Of a stretch of DNA of 64,000 bases, positions 1 through 9,878 are shown in pieces. The notes under the pieces are model-generated. The model saw nothing but the letters and a program-made list of their open reading frames with translations. It ran no database searches and was not told the DNA's origin. A program made the position numbers and the translations under genes. Source of the DNA: Candidatus Omnitrophota bacterium. Lineage in GTDB: Bacteria; Omnitrophota; Gorgyraeia; B26-G9. Positions within the stretch are counted from its first letter, which is position 1; each line of letters begins with the position of its first letter. The stretch spans positions 67,317 to 131,316 of the forward strand of contig JBDRPX010000015.1 in assembly GCA_043826565.1 (NCBI GenBank), written 5' to 3'.

Positions 1-5
1 ATTCA

Positions 6-278
6 ATGGCAAACGGACTTGATCACAACAGAATTGGATTAAGCGTTAGCAATAAAAGCTGTTCAAACATAGTTCTTCGCAATAAGGTAAAAAGAATCCT
101 AAGAGAGGTTTTTCGACTCAACAAAGAGATGTTTGGGCAGGGAAGTGATATTGTTATAGTGCTGAAACAATGTCCAGAAGTTGTTTGTTTTGAATCTATT
201 AGGGAAATCATCTCTACTTGTTTGTGCTCAAAATCACAAACAAACGAACCAAAGCAGGATAAGGCGAAAACAGCATGA
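6..278 (+). CDS. rnpA: Ribonuclease P protein component (probably 5'-truncated by window edge)
   Basis: RIGLSVS...[14 protein letters not shown] (RNR-like motif), DIVIV; position before yidD-yidC. Confidence 0.9.
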   Translation: MANGLDHNRIGLSVSNKSCSNIVLRNKVKRILREVFRLNKEMFGQGSDIVIVLKQCPEVVCFESIREIISTCLCSKSQTNEPKQDKAKTA

Positions 279-484
279 AAAAAGCTGTTATTTTTTTTAT
301 TGATATATATCGTAACATATTCTCATCATTAAAAATAAGAACATGCAGGTTCTATCCGACATGCTCTGCTTATACCAAAGAAGCTGTGCAGAAAAAAGGA
401 ACACTAAAGGGGCTTATTCTGGGAATTCGGCGAATTTTAAGATGCCACCCGTTTACTTCCGGGGGTTATGATCCGGTAGAATAG
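275..484 (+). CDS. yidD: Membrane protein insertion efficiency factor YidD
   Basis: [10 protein letters not shown]...[14 protein letters not shown] signature. Confidence 0.96.
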   Translation: MKKAVIFFIDIYRNIFSSLKIRTCRFYPTCSAYTKEAVQKKGTLKGLILGIRRILRCHPFTSGGYDPVE

Positions 485-525
485 GAATATACTCGTAACC
501 GTTTTAAAACAAGTAAGTTGGGACT

Positions 526-2142
526 ATGGGCAAAGATAAAAATTTCTTATTGGCAGTACTTATAACACTGTTCGTGTTGTTCTTCTATCCTAAAATCATG
601 ATGCAGTTTTTTCCTCAGGCTTTTCCTGAGCCAAAACAGCAAACAGAACAACCCCGGGTTTTACAGACAGCAGGGGGGATGCCTGCTCAGGTAATGCCTA
701 AAATACTCACAACATATTCTAAGGAAAAGAGTTATGTTCTTGAGAATGACAGATATGTTGTAACGGTTAACACCCCAAGGGGTGATATTAAAAGCCTGGC
801 TTTAAAAAAATATATAGATCCGAAAACCGGGCAGGCAACGATATTGATGGACACAAATGACGAGCAAAACGGTCTGTTTGATATCGCGGGAGATCTGGCA
901 GGCGCAGAGCTGAAAGATGTGTTGTTAGAAGGTGATAGCCTTGTTTTAAATTATGCGCACCCGCTGAATTTAGAGATAAAAAAGACAATAAATTTAAGTA
1001 ATAATAGTCATGTTTTAGGGCTTGAATTAAAAATTAAAAATAATTCAGCAAAGGATCAGGCTGTTTCATATAAATTAATCGCTGCTTCCGGAATAGAGAT
1101 AGCAGATGGTATTGATAGCCGGTATCGGGAAATCATAACCATCATAGACGAGGGTAAAAGCTATAAAAAAAGTCCCGGCAAGGTAAAAACAGGAGAGATG
1201 GTAGAGGGAAAATTGAAAATAACCGCCCTCAAAACAAGATATTTTGCTTTAGCTCTTGTGCCGTTTAATCAATGTGATTATTCTTATATTAGCGAGCAGC
1301 AGGATGTTTCATTTAAACGTGAAGCTGTGTTGGGGGCCGGGGTAAAGATGCTGGAACTCCCGGCCAATGCAGAAATAGAGCAAACCTTTGCTCTTTATGC
1401 CGGGCCCAATGATTTTGAAGTAATGACAAATGCCGGTTTTGGTATTGACGAGATAAGGGGGAGCGGCTTTTTTGCGGGATTTTCAGATTTTTTGCTGATG
1501 CTGCTGAGATTATTACATAACCTGTTCAGAAATTATGGGGTTGCGGTAATAGCATTATCTATTGTTGTAAATGCGGTTCTTTATCCGCTTACATTTAAAA
1601 GTCTGAAGTCTATGAAAGATATGCAGGCTTTACAGCCGCATGTGGAAAAATTGCGCAATGATCATAAAGATAATCCGGAGAAGCTTAACAAAGAAATAAT
1701 GGAGCTTTATAAGAAGAATAAGGTTAATCCTATGGGCGGGTGTTTACCGATGTTATTTCAAATGCCGGTTTTCTTTTCCTTGTATCGGGTTTTAATGCAG
1801 GCGGTGGATCTCCGGGGAGCAGGATTTCTCTGGATAAAGGACCTTTCCGGGCCGGATGCTTTGTTTGTTTTGGGAAAGTCATTTCCGTTTATCGGTAATA
1901 CCGTCAATCTTTTGCCAGTACTTATGATTGGTGCGTCATTTTTACAGCAGAAAATGACCAATCCCAGCCAAACAAATGAGCAGCAAAAGATGATGGCAAC
2001 AATATTTCCTATTTTCATGGGGGCAATTTTTTATAAATTCCCTTCAGGACTAGTGCTGTATTTTCTTACAAATACAATTTTTTCGCTTGTAATGCAATCA
2101 GTAATGACATCAAAGACAAAGGTTGCGGTTGGGGAGTCTTAA
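526..2142 (+). CDS. yidC: Membrane protein insertase YidC
   Basis: N-terminal TM, periplasmic domain, NYGVAVI, NPMGGCLPMLFQMPVF, FLWIKDLS.PD, PSGLVLY. Confidence 0.97.
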   Translation: MGKDKNFLLAVLITLFVLFFYPKIMMQFFPQAFPEPKQQTEQPRVLQTAGGMPAQVMPKILTTYSKEKSYVLENDRYVVTVNTPRGDIKSLALKKYIDPKTGQATILMDTNDEQNGLFDIAGDLAGAELKDVLLEGDSLVLNYAHPLNLEIKKTINLSNNSHVLGLELKIKNNSAKDQAVSYKLIAASGIEIADGIDSRYREIITIIDEGKSYKKSPGKVKTGEMVEGKLKITALKTRYFALALVPFNQCDYSYISEQQDVSFKREAVLGAGVKMLELPANAEIEQTFALYAGPNDFEVMTNAGFGIDEIRGSGFFAGFSDFLLMLLRLLHNLFRNYGVAVIALSIVVNAVLYPLTFKSLKSMKDMQALQPHVEKLRNDHKDNPEKLNKEIMELYKKNKVNPMGGCLPMLFQMPVFFSLYRVLMQAVDLRGAGFLWIKDLSGPDALFVLGKSFPFIGNTVNLLPVLMIGASFLQQKMTNPSQTNEQQKMMATIFPIFMGAIFYKFPSGLVLYFLTNTIFSLVMQSVMTSKTKVAVGES

Positions 2143-2348
2143 TGAGCGATACCAATAAGGGAAAAGAAGTAACGCACGCAAAAGAGTTTAAAGGTAAAAC
2201 TATTGAGGAAGCAATAGAAAAAGCCCTGGCGGAGCTAAGCCTTCCCAAAGAAAAAATCAAAATAAGCATTTTAACAGAAGGCCAGCGAGGTTTATTTGGT
2301 ATGAAGGGGGCAAAGCAGGCCAAAATAAGAGTAACAGTCATAGAATAG
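2142..2348 (+). CDS. Jag/KhpB N-terminal domain-only protein (no KH or R3H)
   Basis: GKTIEEAIEKALAEL...GLFGMKGAKQAKIRV matches Jag_N; stop after 68 aa; follows yidC. Confidence 0.85.
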   Translation: MSDTNKGKEVTHAKEFKGKTIEEAIEKALAELSLPKEKIKISILTEGQRGLFGMKGAKQAKIRVTVIE

Positions 2349-2349
2349 G

Positions 2350-2399
2350 TCAAAATTCAAAAATTAAAAGTCAAAAATACAATTCAAAACTAAAAAATC
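2350..2399 (+). repeat. Left arm of TCAAAA(R) heptad element
   Basis: tcaaaat tcaaaaa ttaaaag tcaaaaa tacaat tcaaaac taaaaaa; similar to arms at 4408, 7761, 21881, 24682. Confidence 0.7.
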
Positions 2400-2475
2400 G
2401 AATTTCTTAATGTATAATCAAGAAGAGGTGTTGATATATTTGTTAATCTATATGTTTTGGTTATTCTATCATAAT

Positions 2476-2491
2476 TGTTCCACGTGGAACA
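2476..2491. promoter_or_regulatory. parS: parS centromere-like site (ParB binding)
   Basis: TGTTCCACGTGGAACA matches parS consensus TGTTNCACGTGAAACA; inside a perfect 30-bp palindrome 2469-2498; parAB ~3 kb downstream. Confidence 0.93.
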
Positions 2492-2592
2492 ATTATGAGA
2501 TAGAAAACAGATGACAGAAATCAGAAAACAGAAAAATAATAGTAGAAAGAGAAAAAAGGTAATACTTTCTCAGTTAAAGATTTTCCTCTCAA

Positions 2593-4443
2593 ATGATCAA
2601 ATTTCCCTATAAATATGACGTGATAGTTGTCGGCGCTGGGCATGCCGGATGTGAGGCTGCCATGGCTTCGGCCAAAATGGGCTGCAAAACACTACTGCTA
2701 ACAATAAACCTGGATACAATTGCCCAAATGTCCTGTAATCCGGCAATCGGCGGTCCGGGAAAAGGACATATTGCCAGAGAAATCGATGCTTTAGGCGGGG
2801 TGATGGCCAGAGCGATTGATGTTGCGGGAATACAGTTTCGGATGTTGAACACTAAAAAAGGGCCGGCAGTATGGGCTCCTCGGGCACAGGCTGATAAACA
2901 TTTATATCACACAATAATGAAGCAGAAAATGGAAAATCAGCCACTGCTGGATATTAAGCAATTACTGGTAACTGACTTATTGATGAAAGGGGAAAAAGTT
3001 CTTGGTGTTAAAACAAGCACAAATCTAGACATATACGGGGAAACAGTTATTATAACAACCGGAACATTTATGAATGGACTTATTCATATTGGAGAAACAA
3101 CAATTCCCGGAGGCAGATTAGGGGAAAGTTCTTCTATTCAGCTTCCGCGGCGTTTGAAAAAACTTGGATTTAGGATGGGAAGGTTAAAAACCGGTACTCC
3201 GGCAAGACTGCATGCAGATACAATAGATTTTTCTTGTTTTACCGCGCAATATGGAGATAAGAAACCCTCCCCATTCTCATATGAGACAAAACAAATAAAA
3301 ACAAAGCAAGTTTTGTGCTATTTGGGCTATACCAACGAGAAAACTCATCAGCTTATAAAGCGTAATTTGCACAGATCACCGCTGTATAGCGGTAAGATAA
3401 CCGGAGTTGGCGTGAGATATTGCCCCTCAATAGAAGATAAAGTAGTAAAATTTGCTCACAAAGACAGGCATCAGATTTTTTTGGAGCCGGAGGGAAGAAC
3501 AACAAAAGAAATTTATGTTAATGGATTATCCAATAGCCTGCCGCAGGATATTCAGATAAAAATCCTTAAAACAATAAAAGGGCTGGAAAATGCGAAAATC
3601 ATGCGATTTGCTTATGGCATAGAATATGATTTTATTGACCCTACAGAAATGCTTCCTACTCTGGAAACTAAATCTATAAAGAATCTTTTTTTAGCTGGAC
3701 AGATTAATGGAACCACCGGGTATGAAGAAGCCGCCTGCCAGGGGTTAGTTGCGGGAATTAATGCGGCTTTGAAAATTAAAAAGAAAAAACCTTTTGTTAT
3801 GGAGAGGTCTCAAAGTTATATTGGCGTTCTAATTGATGATCTGGTTACTAAGGGAACGCAAGAGCCGTATCGATTATTTACTTCCCGGGTTGAACACCGG
3901 CTTGTGCTGCGGCAGGACAATGCGGATTTACGATTAGGAGAGGATGCATATACTTTAGGCTTGATTTCTAAAAAAAGAATTGATACAATAAGAAAAAAGC
4001 AAAAGATTATTTCTCAGACGATAGAAAAATTACACAAGCTTTCAAATGCTAATTCTTTACTGGGAAAAATATTGAAGCGCCCGGAGATGACCTATGAGGG
4101 GCTTAGAAAAATTGATCCAAGATTAGATAAACTTCCGGAAGATGTTGAGGCGCAGGTTGAGATCGAAGTAAAATATGAGGGGTATATTCAAAGGGAAAAA
4201 GCACTCATTAACAAATTGATTAAACTGGAACACAAAAAAATTCCTCAGGATTTTATTTTTGAGTCAGTTGGCGGTATAAAAAAAGAAGCCAAAGAAAAGC
4301 TTGCTAAAATTAAACCGCAGTCAATTGGTCAGGCAATGCGAATTTCCGGCGTAACATCTACAGATATTGCCATGGTTTTATTTCATATAGACAGGCAAGA
4401 TAAAAATAAATCAAAAATCAAAGGTCAAAAGTCAAAAGTGTAA
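2593..4443 (+). CDS. mnmG: tRNA uridine-5-carboxymethylaminomethyl modification enzyme MnmG/GidA
   Basis: [44 protein letters not shown]. Confidence 0.98.
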   Translation: MIKFPYKYDVIVVGAGHAGCEAAMASAKMGCKTLLLTINLDTIAQMSCNPAIGGPGKGHIAREIDALGGVMARAIDVAGIQFRMLNTKKGPAVWAPRAQADKHLYHTIMKQKMENQPLLDIKQLLVTDLLMKGEKVLGVKTSTNLDIYGETVIITTGTFMNGLIHIGETTIPGGRLGESSSIQLPRRLKKLGFRMGRLKTGTPARLHADTIDFSCFTAQYGDKKPSPFSYETKQIKTKQVLCYLGYTNEKTHQLIKRNLHRSPLYSGKITGVGVRYCPSIEDKVVKFAHKDRHQIFLEPEGRTTKEIYVNGLSNSLPQDIQIKILKTIKGLENAKIMRFAYGIEYDFIDPTEMLPTLETKSIKNLFLAGQINGTTGYEEAACQGLVAGINAALKIKKKKPFVMERSQSYIGVLIDDLVTKGTQEPYRLFTSRVEHRLVLRQDNADLRLGEDAYTLGLISKKRIDTIRKKQKIISQTIEKLHKLSNANSLLGKILKRPEMTYEGLRKIDPRLDKLPEDVEAQVEIEVKYEGYIQREKALINKLIKLEHKKIPQDFIFESVGGIKKEAKEKLAKIKPQSIGQAMRISGVTSTDIAMVLFHIDRQDKNKSKIKGQKSKV

Positions 4444-4510
4444 ATCAAAACCTAAAAATCAAAATATATTCTTTTTGTTTTTGAATTTTAAGTTGTATTT
4501 ATGAGTTTTA
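4408..4510. repeat. Heptad inverted-repeat element (TCAAAA family) overlapping the mnmG stop
   Basis: aaatcaaaaatcaaaggtcaaaagtcaaaagtgtaaatcaaaacctaaaaat followed by T-rich complementary arm ttttgaattttaagttgtatttatgagtttt. Confidence 0.75.
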
Positions 4511-4558
4511 ACAGTAAACAAGGACAGATTAATAGACAAGAAAAATGGGGGGTTGGTT

Positions 4559-5233
4559 ATGGAAGGAAAGAAGAAAAATTTTGTGCGTAAGAATTATTTT
4601 ATTCTTAAAGGGTTTCAGCTGCGTTTTAGCGTTTTAATTTTTATCGCTACAGTAGTGGTCAGTTTAATTGCGGTATGGACCACATATGTTGTTACTTGGA
4701 ATGAAATCTCTTTGCATGTCCAAACAAAACAATTTTCTCAAAAACTAAAAGCGCACTATAGCCAGGAACAGGGATTGGGCGAAAACATCGAATTAGTTAA
4801 TGCTATTTTTGCAGTTGAATTTTCCGGCGTGTTTGACAAAGTTGCAAAAGCCTTAATTCTCCGCTTACTGGCCAGCTCTTTAATTTTGTTTGTATTAAGC
4901 ATTTTTGTTTCGCATAAAATAGCCGGGCCGATTTACCGAATGGAAAATGTTGCTAAGGCAATTCGGGACGGAGATCTTACCAGTGACTTAAGCAGCTTGC
5001 GAGCCGGAGATGAGTTTACCGAATTAGCCCGGCTTATGAATGGTGCTCTTGAGAAGTTGCGCACAGCCATAACAAAGCAAAAACAGATGGCCGAGAGAAT
5101 AAGCGTCCAGGCGAAAAAATTATCCAAGGCTACAAAAAAAGAGGAAATTGAAGACCTGTCTAAAAACGTGGAACTCATTGCAAATACACTAGTTGCAGAA
5201 ATGGAAACATTTAAGGTTAAAAGGAAATCATAA
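4559..5233 (+). CDS. Two-TM HAMP-domain membrane protein with short coiled-coil tail
   Basis: Two hydrophobic helices then SHKIAGPIYR...GDL...LRAGDEFTELA (HAMP); ATG at 4559 after GGGGGG. Confidence 0.75.
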   Translation: MEGKKKNFVRKNYFILKGFQLRFSVLIFIATVVVSLIAVWTTYVVTWNEISLHVQTKQFSQKLKAHYSQEQGLGENIELVNAIFAVEFSGVFDKVAKALILRLLASSLILFVLSIFVSHKIAGPIYRMENVAKAIRDGDLTSDLSSLRAGDEFTELARLMNGALEKLRTAITKQKQMAERISVQAKKLSKATKKEEIEDLSKNVELIANTLVAEMETFKVKRKS

Positions 5234-5297
5234 AAACTAAAAGACAGAAAAACAATTTTCAACTTTCAATATTCAATATTCAAAATACAGGGAAGTT

Positions 5298-6212
5298 ATG
5301 AGCAAAATTATTGTAATATGTAATCAGAAGGGCGGGGTTGGCAAGACCACCAGCGCGATTAATTTAAGCGCGTATGTTGCGGATAAAGGATTTAAAACCC
5401 TTCTAGTCGATGCTGATCCTCAGGCAAATGCTACCAGCGGTCTTGGGCTGGATAAAAAATCAAAAAATCCCAGTATTTATGACCTGCTGATGGGAATGGC
5501 GGAAGCAGATAATGTTGTGGTCCCCGGCCCCCTGGATAATCTTGATGTTTTTCCGTCTAATGTATCACTTACCGGTGCGGAAATTGAACTTGTGGGTACC
5601 GAAGAACGTGAATATCGCCTGAAAAAAGTTCTGGCAGTAATTCGTGACAAATACGACTTTATTTTTATTGACTGCCCGCCGTCTTTGGGGTTGCTGACAT
5701 TAAACTGTTTGGTTGCCGCGGACAAAGCAATTATTCCTTTGCAATGTGAATATTATTCGTTGGAAGGAATAAGCCAGCTTATGGACACAATAAAACTTGT
5801 AAAAGGCCGGCTAAATCCTCAGCTTAGTGTCGGAGGGATCATTCTGACCATGGCAGATTTTAGGACCCGGCTGACCTCTGATGTAATAAGCGAAGTAAAA
5901 AAAGTTTTTAAAGAAAAAGTTTTTGACACAATTATTCCCCGCAATATTCGTATTAGCGAGGCCCCGGGATTTGGCAAGCCTTTAGTTTTGTATGATCGGT
6001 TTTGCCTGGGAGCAGAAAAATACGAAAAACTTGCGGAAGAATTTATCGCGAGAGAGGGAAAAGCTCCGGCGCAGGATACTCCGGAGAGCCAAGAGGAAAT
6101 TATTGTTATTGAGCACCCGAAAGAAGAAGAGGTGCAGTTGATGGAGGTTTCCGGGCTTGATGTCCCTCAAAACGATGTTAATTTACCCGCCACAAAGATT
6201 GGCGAGGTTTAA
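5298..6212 (+). CDS. parA: Chromosome partitioning ATPase ParA/Soj
   Basis: NQKGGVGKTT, DADPQANAT, IDCPPSLG, IPRNIRISEAP; ~50-aa acidic C-terminal extension. Confidence 0.97.
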   Translation: MSKIIVICNQKGGVGKTTSAINLSAYVADKGFKTLLVDADPQANATSGLGLDKKSKNPSIYDLLMGMAEADNVVVPGPLDNLDVFPSNVSLTGAEIELVGTEEREYRLKKVLAVIRDKYDFIFIDCPPSLGLLTLNCLVAADKAIIPLQCEYYSLEGISQLMDTIKLVKGRLNPQLSVGGIILTMADFRTRLTSDVISEVKKVFKEKVFDTIIPRNIRISEAPGFGKPLVLYDRFCLGAEKYEKLAEEFIAREGKAPAQDTPESQEEIIVIEHPKEEEVQLMEVSGLDVPQNDVNLPATKIGEV

Positions 6213-6275
6213 TTCGCGCAAATAATTTACATCAAAAAATATCCTGTAAATTATGCGCTCATTAAAGGAGGTTAT

Positions 6276-7157
6276 GTGATGGAGCGACGTGGACTAGGAA
6301 AAGGATTGGAAGCCCTGATATCCCCGGAAGCGGTTATTTTCGAGGAAAGAACATCAGAAAACAGCATTGTTGTTCTTAATCCGGAAAAAATTCAGCCAAA
6401 CCGCTATCAGCCGCGATTCGAATTCAAGGAGGATAAACTAAAAGAACTTATGGATTCAATAAAGGAAAAAGGGCTGGTGCAGCCGGTTATCGTTAGACAA
6501 AATTCCGCGGATGAATATGAACTTATTGCCGGGGAGCGGCGGTTACGCGCGATAAAAGCATTGGGCCGTACAGAAATTCCGGCAGTAATAAAAAATGCAA
6601 CTGATTTAGAGATGCTGGAGTTCTCCTTAATTGAAAATATTCAGCGTGACGATTTAAATCCGATTGAAGAAGCAAAAGCTTACAGCACCATGATCAATGA
6701 TTTTAGTTTTACGCAGGAGCAGATAGCTGCCGCGGTAGGAAAAAACCGGGCGACAGTTGCCAATATGCTGCGGCTTTTGGCATTACCCGAAGCAATACAA
6801 AACTCGGTATTAAAAGAATTAATTACCCTGGGGCATGCGAAGGCAATTTTAAGCCTTCATGAGCAAGCTGACCAATTGGAATTAATGGATAAGATCATTA
6901 CGGAAGGCTATTCGGTTCGCGAAGCTGAACAATATGCTAGTTTAGATGTTGAATTTATCGAATCGGAACAGCAAACAAAAACCAAGCCGGAAAAAGATCA
7001 ATTTATTCGGGACTTAGAGGAGCAAGCCCAGAGACTATTGGGAACCAAGGTTAGTATTCGGCATGGGGCAAAGCGCGGCAAGCTTCAAATAGAATACTAT
7101 TCGCTGGATGATTTAAATAGAATTCTAAAGATAATGGGAAGAGAAGAAAGCTGCTGA
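6276..7157 (+). CDS. parB: Chromosome partitioning protein ParB/Spo0J
   Basis: GLGKGLEALI, PNRYQPR, IAGERRLRA, ENIQRDDLNPIEEA, HTH. Confidence 0.97.
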   Translation: MMERRGLGKGLEALISPEAVIFEERTSENSIVVLNPEKIQPNRYQPRFEFKEDKLKELMDSIKEKGLVQPVIVRQNSADEYELIAGERRLRAIKALGRTEIPAVIKNATDLEMLEFSLIENIQRDDLNPIEEAKAYSTMINDFSFTQEQIAAAVGKNRATVANMLRLLALPEAIQNSVLKELITLGHAKAILSLHEQADQLELMDKIITEGYSVREAEQYASLDVEFIESEQQTKTKPEKDQFIRDLEEQAQRLLGTKVSIRHGAKRGKLQIEYYSLDDLNRILKIMGREESC

Positions 7158-7213
7158 TTTAACGCAACCAAATATATAACAACACGTTATAAGCATAAAG
7201 AGGAAGAATAAAA

Positions 7214-7717
7214 ATGAACAAAAAAACACTAATATTAATTAAGCCGGATGGGCTGGTAAAATCATTAACCGGAAATATTTTAACGCGTTTATCCGAAACA
7301 AAGTTGGAAATAATCGCGGCTAAAATTGTGCATGTTTCCCCGGAACTGGCAAAAGAACATTATAAGCATCTTCAGGATAAACCGTTTTTTAATGAGTTAG
7401 TAAATTATTTGCAGGGAGAATTGCATGCCCGGCACAAGGTATTGGCCATGGTGTATTGGGGTGAAGACGCGATACAAAAAGTCAGACAATTAGCCGGAGC
7501 GACTAATCCTGAAGAAGCTGAGCCGACATCTATTCGCGGAGCTTATGGGCGAATAACCTCCAAAGGAGTTTATGAAAATGTCGTGCATGCTTCAGCGAAT
7601 GAGGAAGAGGCGGAAAGAGAAATAAAACTATGGTTTTTTCCTGATGAGATCCTTTATGACGTTTATCCGTCAAAAAAAGTAGTTTTAGAAAAAGAAACAC
7701 AGCGTGTTTGGGCATAA
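7214..7717 (+). CDS. ndk: Nucleoside diphosphate kinase
   Basis: TLILIKPDG, GATNP..A...SIRG, NVVHAS. Confidence 0.95.
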   Translation: MNKKTLILIKPDGLVKSLTGNILTRLSETKLEIIAAKIVHVSPELAKEHYKHLQDKPFFNELVNYLQGELHARHKVLAMVYWGEDAIQKVRQLAGATNPEEAEPTSIRGAYGRITSKGVYENVVHASANEEEAEREIKLWFFPDEILYDVYPSKKVVLEKETQRVWA

Positions 7718-7760
7718 AACAGGGCACGGTTAAAAGTTATCTTTATTGTCAAGGGGAGTG

Positions 7761-7923
7761 AATTCAAAAGTCAAAGGTCAAAACTCAAAAGTGCAAGTTA
7801 AAAGTCAAAAATAATCAAAAAAGATTCCAGAATTTATTATTTTAAACAATATAATTTTATGATAATTAATAAGTTTTGAATTTCGAATTGAATTTTTAAA
7901 TTTTGCCTTTTGATTTTTGACTT
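7761..7923. repeat. MITE-like element with ~50-bp heptad-built inverted arms
   Basis: Left aattcaaaagtcaaaggtcaaaactcaaaagtgcaagttaaaagtcaaaaat; right ttttgaatttcgaattgaatttttaaattttgccttttgatttttgactt. Confidence 0.8.
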
Positions 7924-8012
7924 ATAAAACAGGTTAGGGAGAAAAACTTACGGAGAAATATTGAATTAACTTAGAATTTTGACAATACAATAAAGCCGGG
8001 GAGAAGTATTAT

Positions 8013-8444
8013 ATGAGAAATATATTAAAGAAAAATACGGCGTTTACTTTAGTAGAATTGCTGGTAGTTGTGGTTATTATCGGTGTGCTTGTTTCCATTG
8101 CTATTCCTCACTACATGAATGTAAGGGAAAGAACAGAGAATCAAAAAGCCCGCGCTATTTTATACGAGATATACAAAGCCGAGAAAATGTATCTTTTACA
8201 TGGCGATAATGATGGTAATGGTATTCCGGATTCAGAAGAAGATACCGACCTTGACGGGTTTACCGAGGAGTCTTATACCGCGACTTTAACCGACCTTCAG
8301 GATTTTGTTGATTTTCCCGCGGATGACGGTACTTGGGACTATACAATGAATAGTGCCGATGCGACAACTTTTGAAGCTCAGGCCACACATCAGATTGACG
8401 GAACCAGATTTTTTACGATTAATGAAAGCGGAACGATAAATTAA
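8013..8444 (+). CDS. Type IV pilin-like protein 1
   Basis: Class III signal KKNTA|FTLVELLVVVVIIGVLVSIAIP; acidic DNDGNGIPD insertion. Confidence 0.92.
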   Translation: MRNILKKNTAFTLVELLVVVVIIGVLVSIAIPHYMNVRERTENQKARAILYEIYKAEKMYLLHGDNDGNGIPDSEEDTDLDGFTEESYTATLTDLQDFVDFPADDGTWDYTMNSADATTFEAQATHQIDGTRFFTINESGTIN

Positions 8445-8453
8445 CCCCGACTA

Positions 8454-9878
8454 TTATAAGGAAAGCGTTTTAAAGCCGGGAATAAAAATATCTTCATTGT
8501 CTTGTTCGACCTTGGCCCGGATCTTTCCCTGCGGATCAATAAAACAGGAAATCCCTGTGTTCGCCGAACGGATAAACCAGGAATGGTTTTCTACGGCGCG
8601 GAACACACTTGCCGCTAAATGCTGAATTGGTTCTGAGCTTATCCCAAACCAGGCCTCGTTAGTTATGGTTATCAGAATGTCTGCTTTTTGTCGATGAAAT
8701 TTTTTTACTAAACTGGGAAACATGTCTTCAAAGCATACTAAAACAGCAAAGCGGACCAGCTGTCCTTTTTTATTAGGCACTTCAAAAACCGTGTACTTCT
8801 CTCCCGGGGAAAAATCTCCGATACCGGCGTCATACAAAAATCCCAGGATTTTTTCGCAGGGAATATATTCTCCAAAAGGTACCAGATGAATTTTGTCATG
8901 ATATTTAAGCAATTCCCCTTCCGGAGAAAATAGGAAGGCGCTATTATAGTACTTATGCCGCGCTAGATCTTCCCGCGGGCTGCCGACCAGCAGATTTGTT
9001 TTGATCTCTTGCGCCAAGGTTGTAATGTTTTTGTAAAGCTTTGGTTCATCTAAAAGGTAGCCGGGCACAGATGTTTCCGGCCAGACAATTAAATCCGGAT
9101 GGTCTTTAGCCGCTTCGGTAGTTAATTCTGCAAAACGGTTAAGAATACTTTTTGTATAAACAGGGTCCCATTTTTGTTCCTGAGGAATATTCGGCTGAAT
9201 AATGCTTATTTTTAGATCTAAAGCCGGAATAGGCTGCTGCAGGCAGATCGCGCCATAGCCATAAACGACAAAAACAAACAACAGAACAATCCAGAGCGCG
9301 GGATCATGCAAGCAGATACGAAATTTTTTTATAATTAGCTGGCTGATAAGCACATTGACCATAACAATGATAAAACTAATACCCCAAACGCCTAATACAT
9401 TGCTGATCTGGATAAGATAAATATTTTTGAACTGGGAATGCCCCAGCAATGCCCAGCCAAATCCGGTTAAAAGATAACTTCTGGCGTATTCAGCGGCAAT
9501 CCAGGCCAGGGGAATGGTAAATAAACAATATCGCGAATCGGATTTTTTAGTTACTGCTCCAAAAAGAAGAATATAACAACTAAGATAGAGGCAGAGAAGT
9601 GTAAGGCCGATCAAACTGACATTTATAAGCCAGTACAAAGCGCCCATAAAAAAAACAAATCCGAAAATGAAAGAAAGAAGGAGTCTTTTTTTTAATGATA
9701 CATTATTAATGCTCAAAAGAAAAGGAACCAAGCCAAACCAGGCGATAACCCCCAAGTTTAATCTTGAAAACGCCAGGCAAAGCAATGCAGCTGATAACAG
9801 CGGCAGGAGCATTAATTTTTGTAGAGTTTTATTTTTTATTGGAATTACAACTTGTGACTTGTGACTTGTGACTTTCAT
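8454..9878 (-). CDS. lnt: Apolipoprotein N-acyltransferase
   Basis: Multi-TM N-half; IIQPNI, WPETS, KIHLVPFGEY, VCFED, NEAWFG, RSANTGIS. Start probably the TAATG overlap with the secA stop. Confidence 0.95.
   Translation of the reverse strand: MKVTSHKSQVVIPIKNKTLQKLMLLPLLSAALLCLAFSRLNLGVIAWFGLVPFLLSINNVSLKKRLLLSFIFGFVFFMGALYWLINVSLIGLTLLCLYLSCYILLFGAVTKKSDSRYCLFTIPLAWIAAEYARSYLLTGFGWALLGHSQFKNIYLIQISNVLGVWGISFIIVMVNVLISQLIIKKFRICLHDPALWIVLLFVFVVYGYGAICLQQPIPALDLKISIIQPNIPQEQKWDPVYTKSILNRFAELTTEAAKDHPDLIVWPETSVPGYLLDEPKLYKNITTLAQEIKTNLLVGSPREDLARHKYYNSAFLFSPEGELLKYHDKIHLVPFGEYIPCEKILGFLYDAGIGDFSPGEKYTVFEVPNKKGQLVRFAVLVCFEDMFPSLVKKFHRQKADILITITNEAWFGISSEPIQHLAASVFRAVENHSWFIRSANTGISCFIDPQGKIRAKVEQDNEDIFIPGFKTLSL

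Noticed and set aside
2400-2592. oriC
   Set aside because: AT-rich, but no TTATCCACA DnaA-box cluster; the origin is more likely upstream of rnpA, outside the window.
7173-7191. ATATAAC...GTTATAA resembling integron attC ends (similar at ~35153-35172 and GTTAGCT at 33945)
   Set aside because: Too short, no L boxes, and no integrase in the window.
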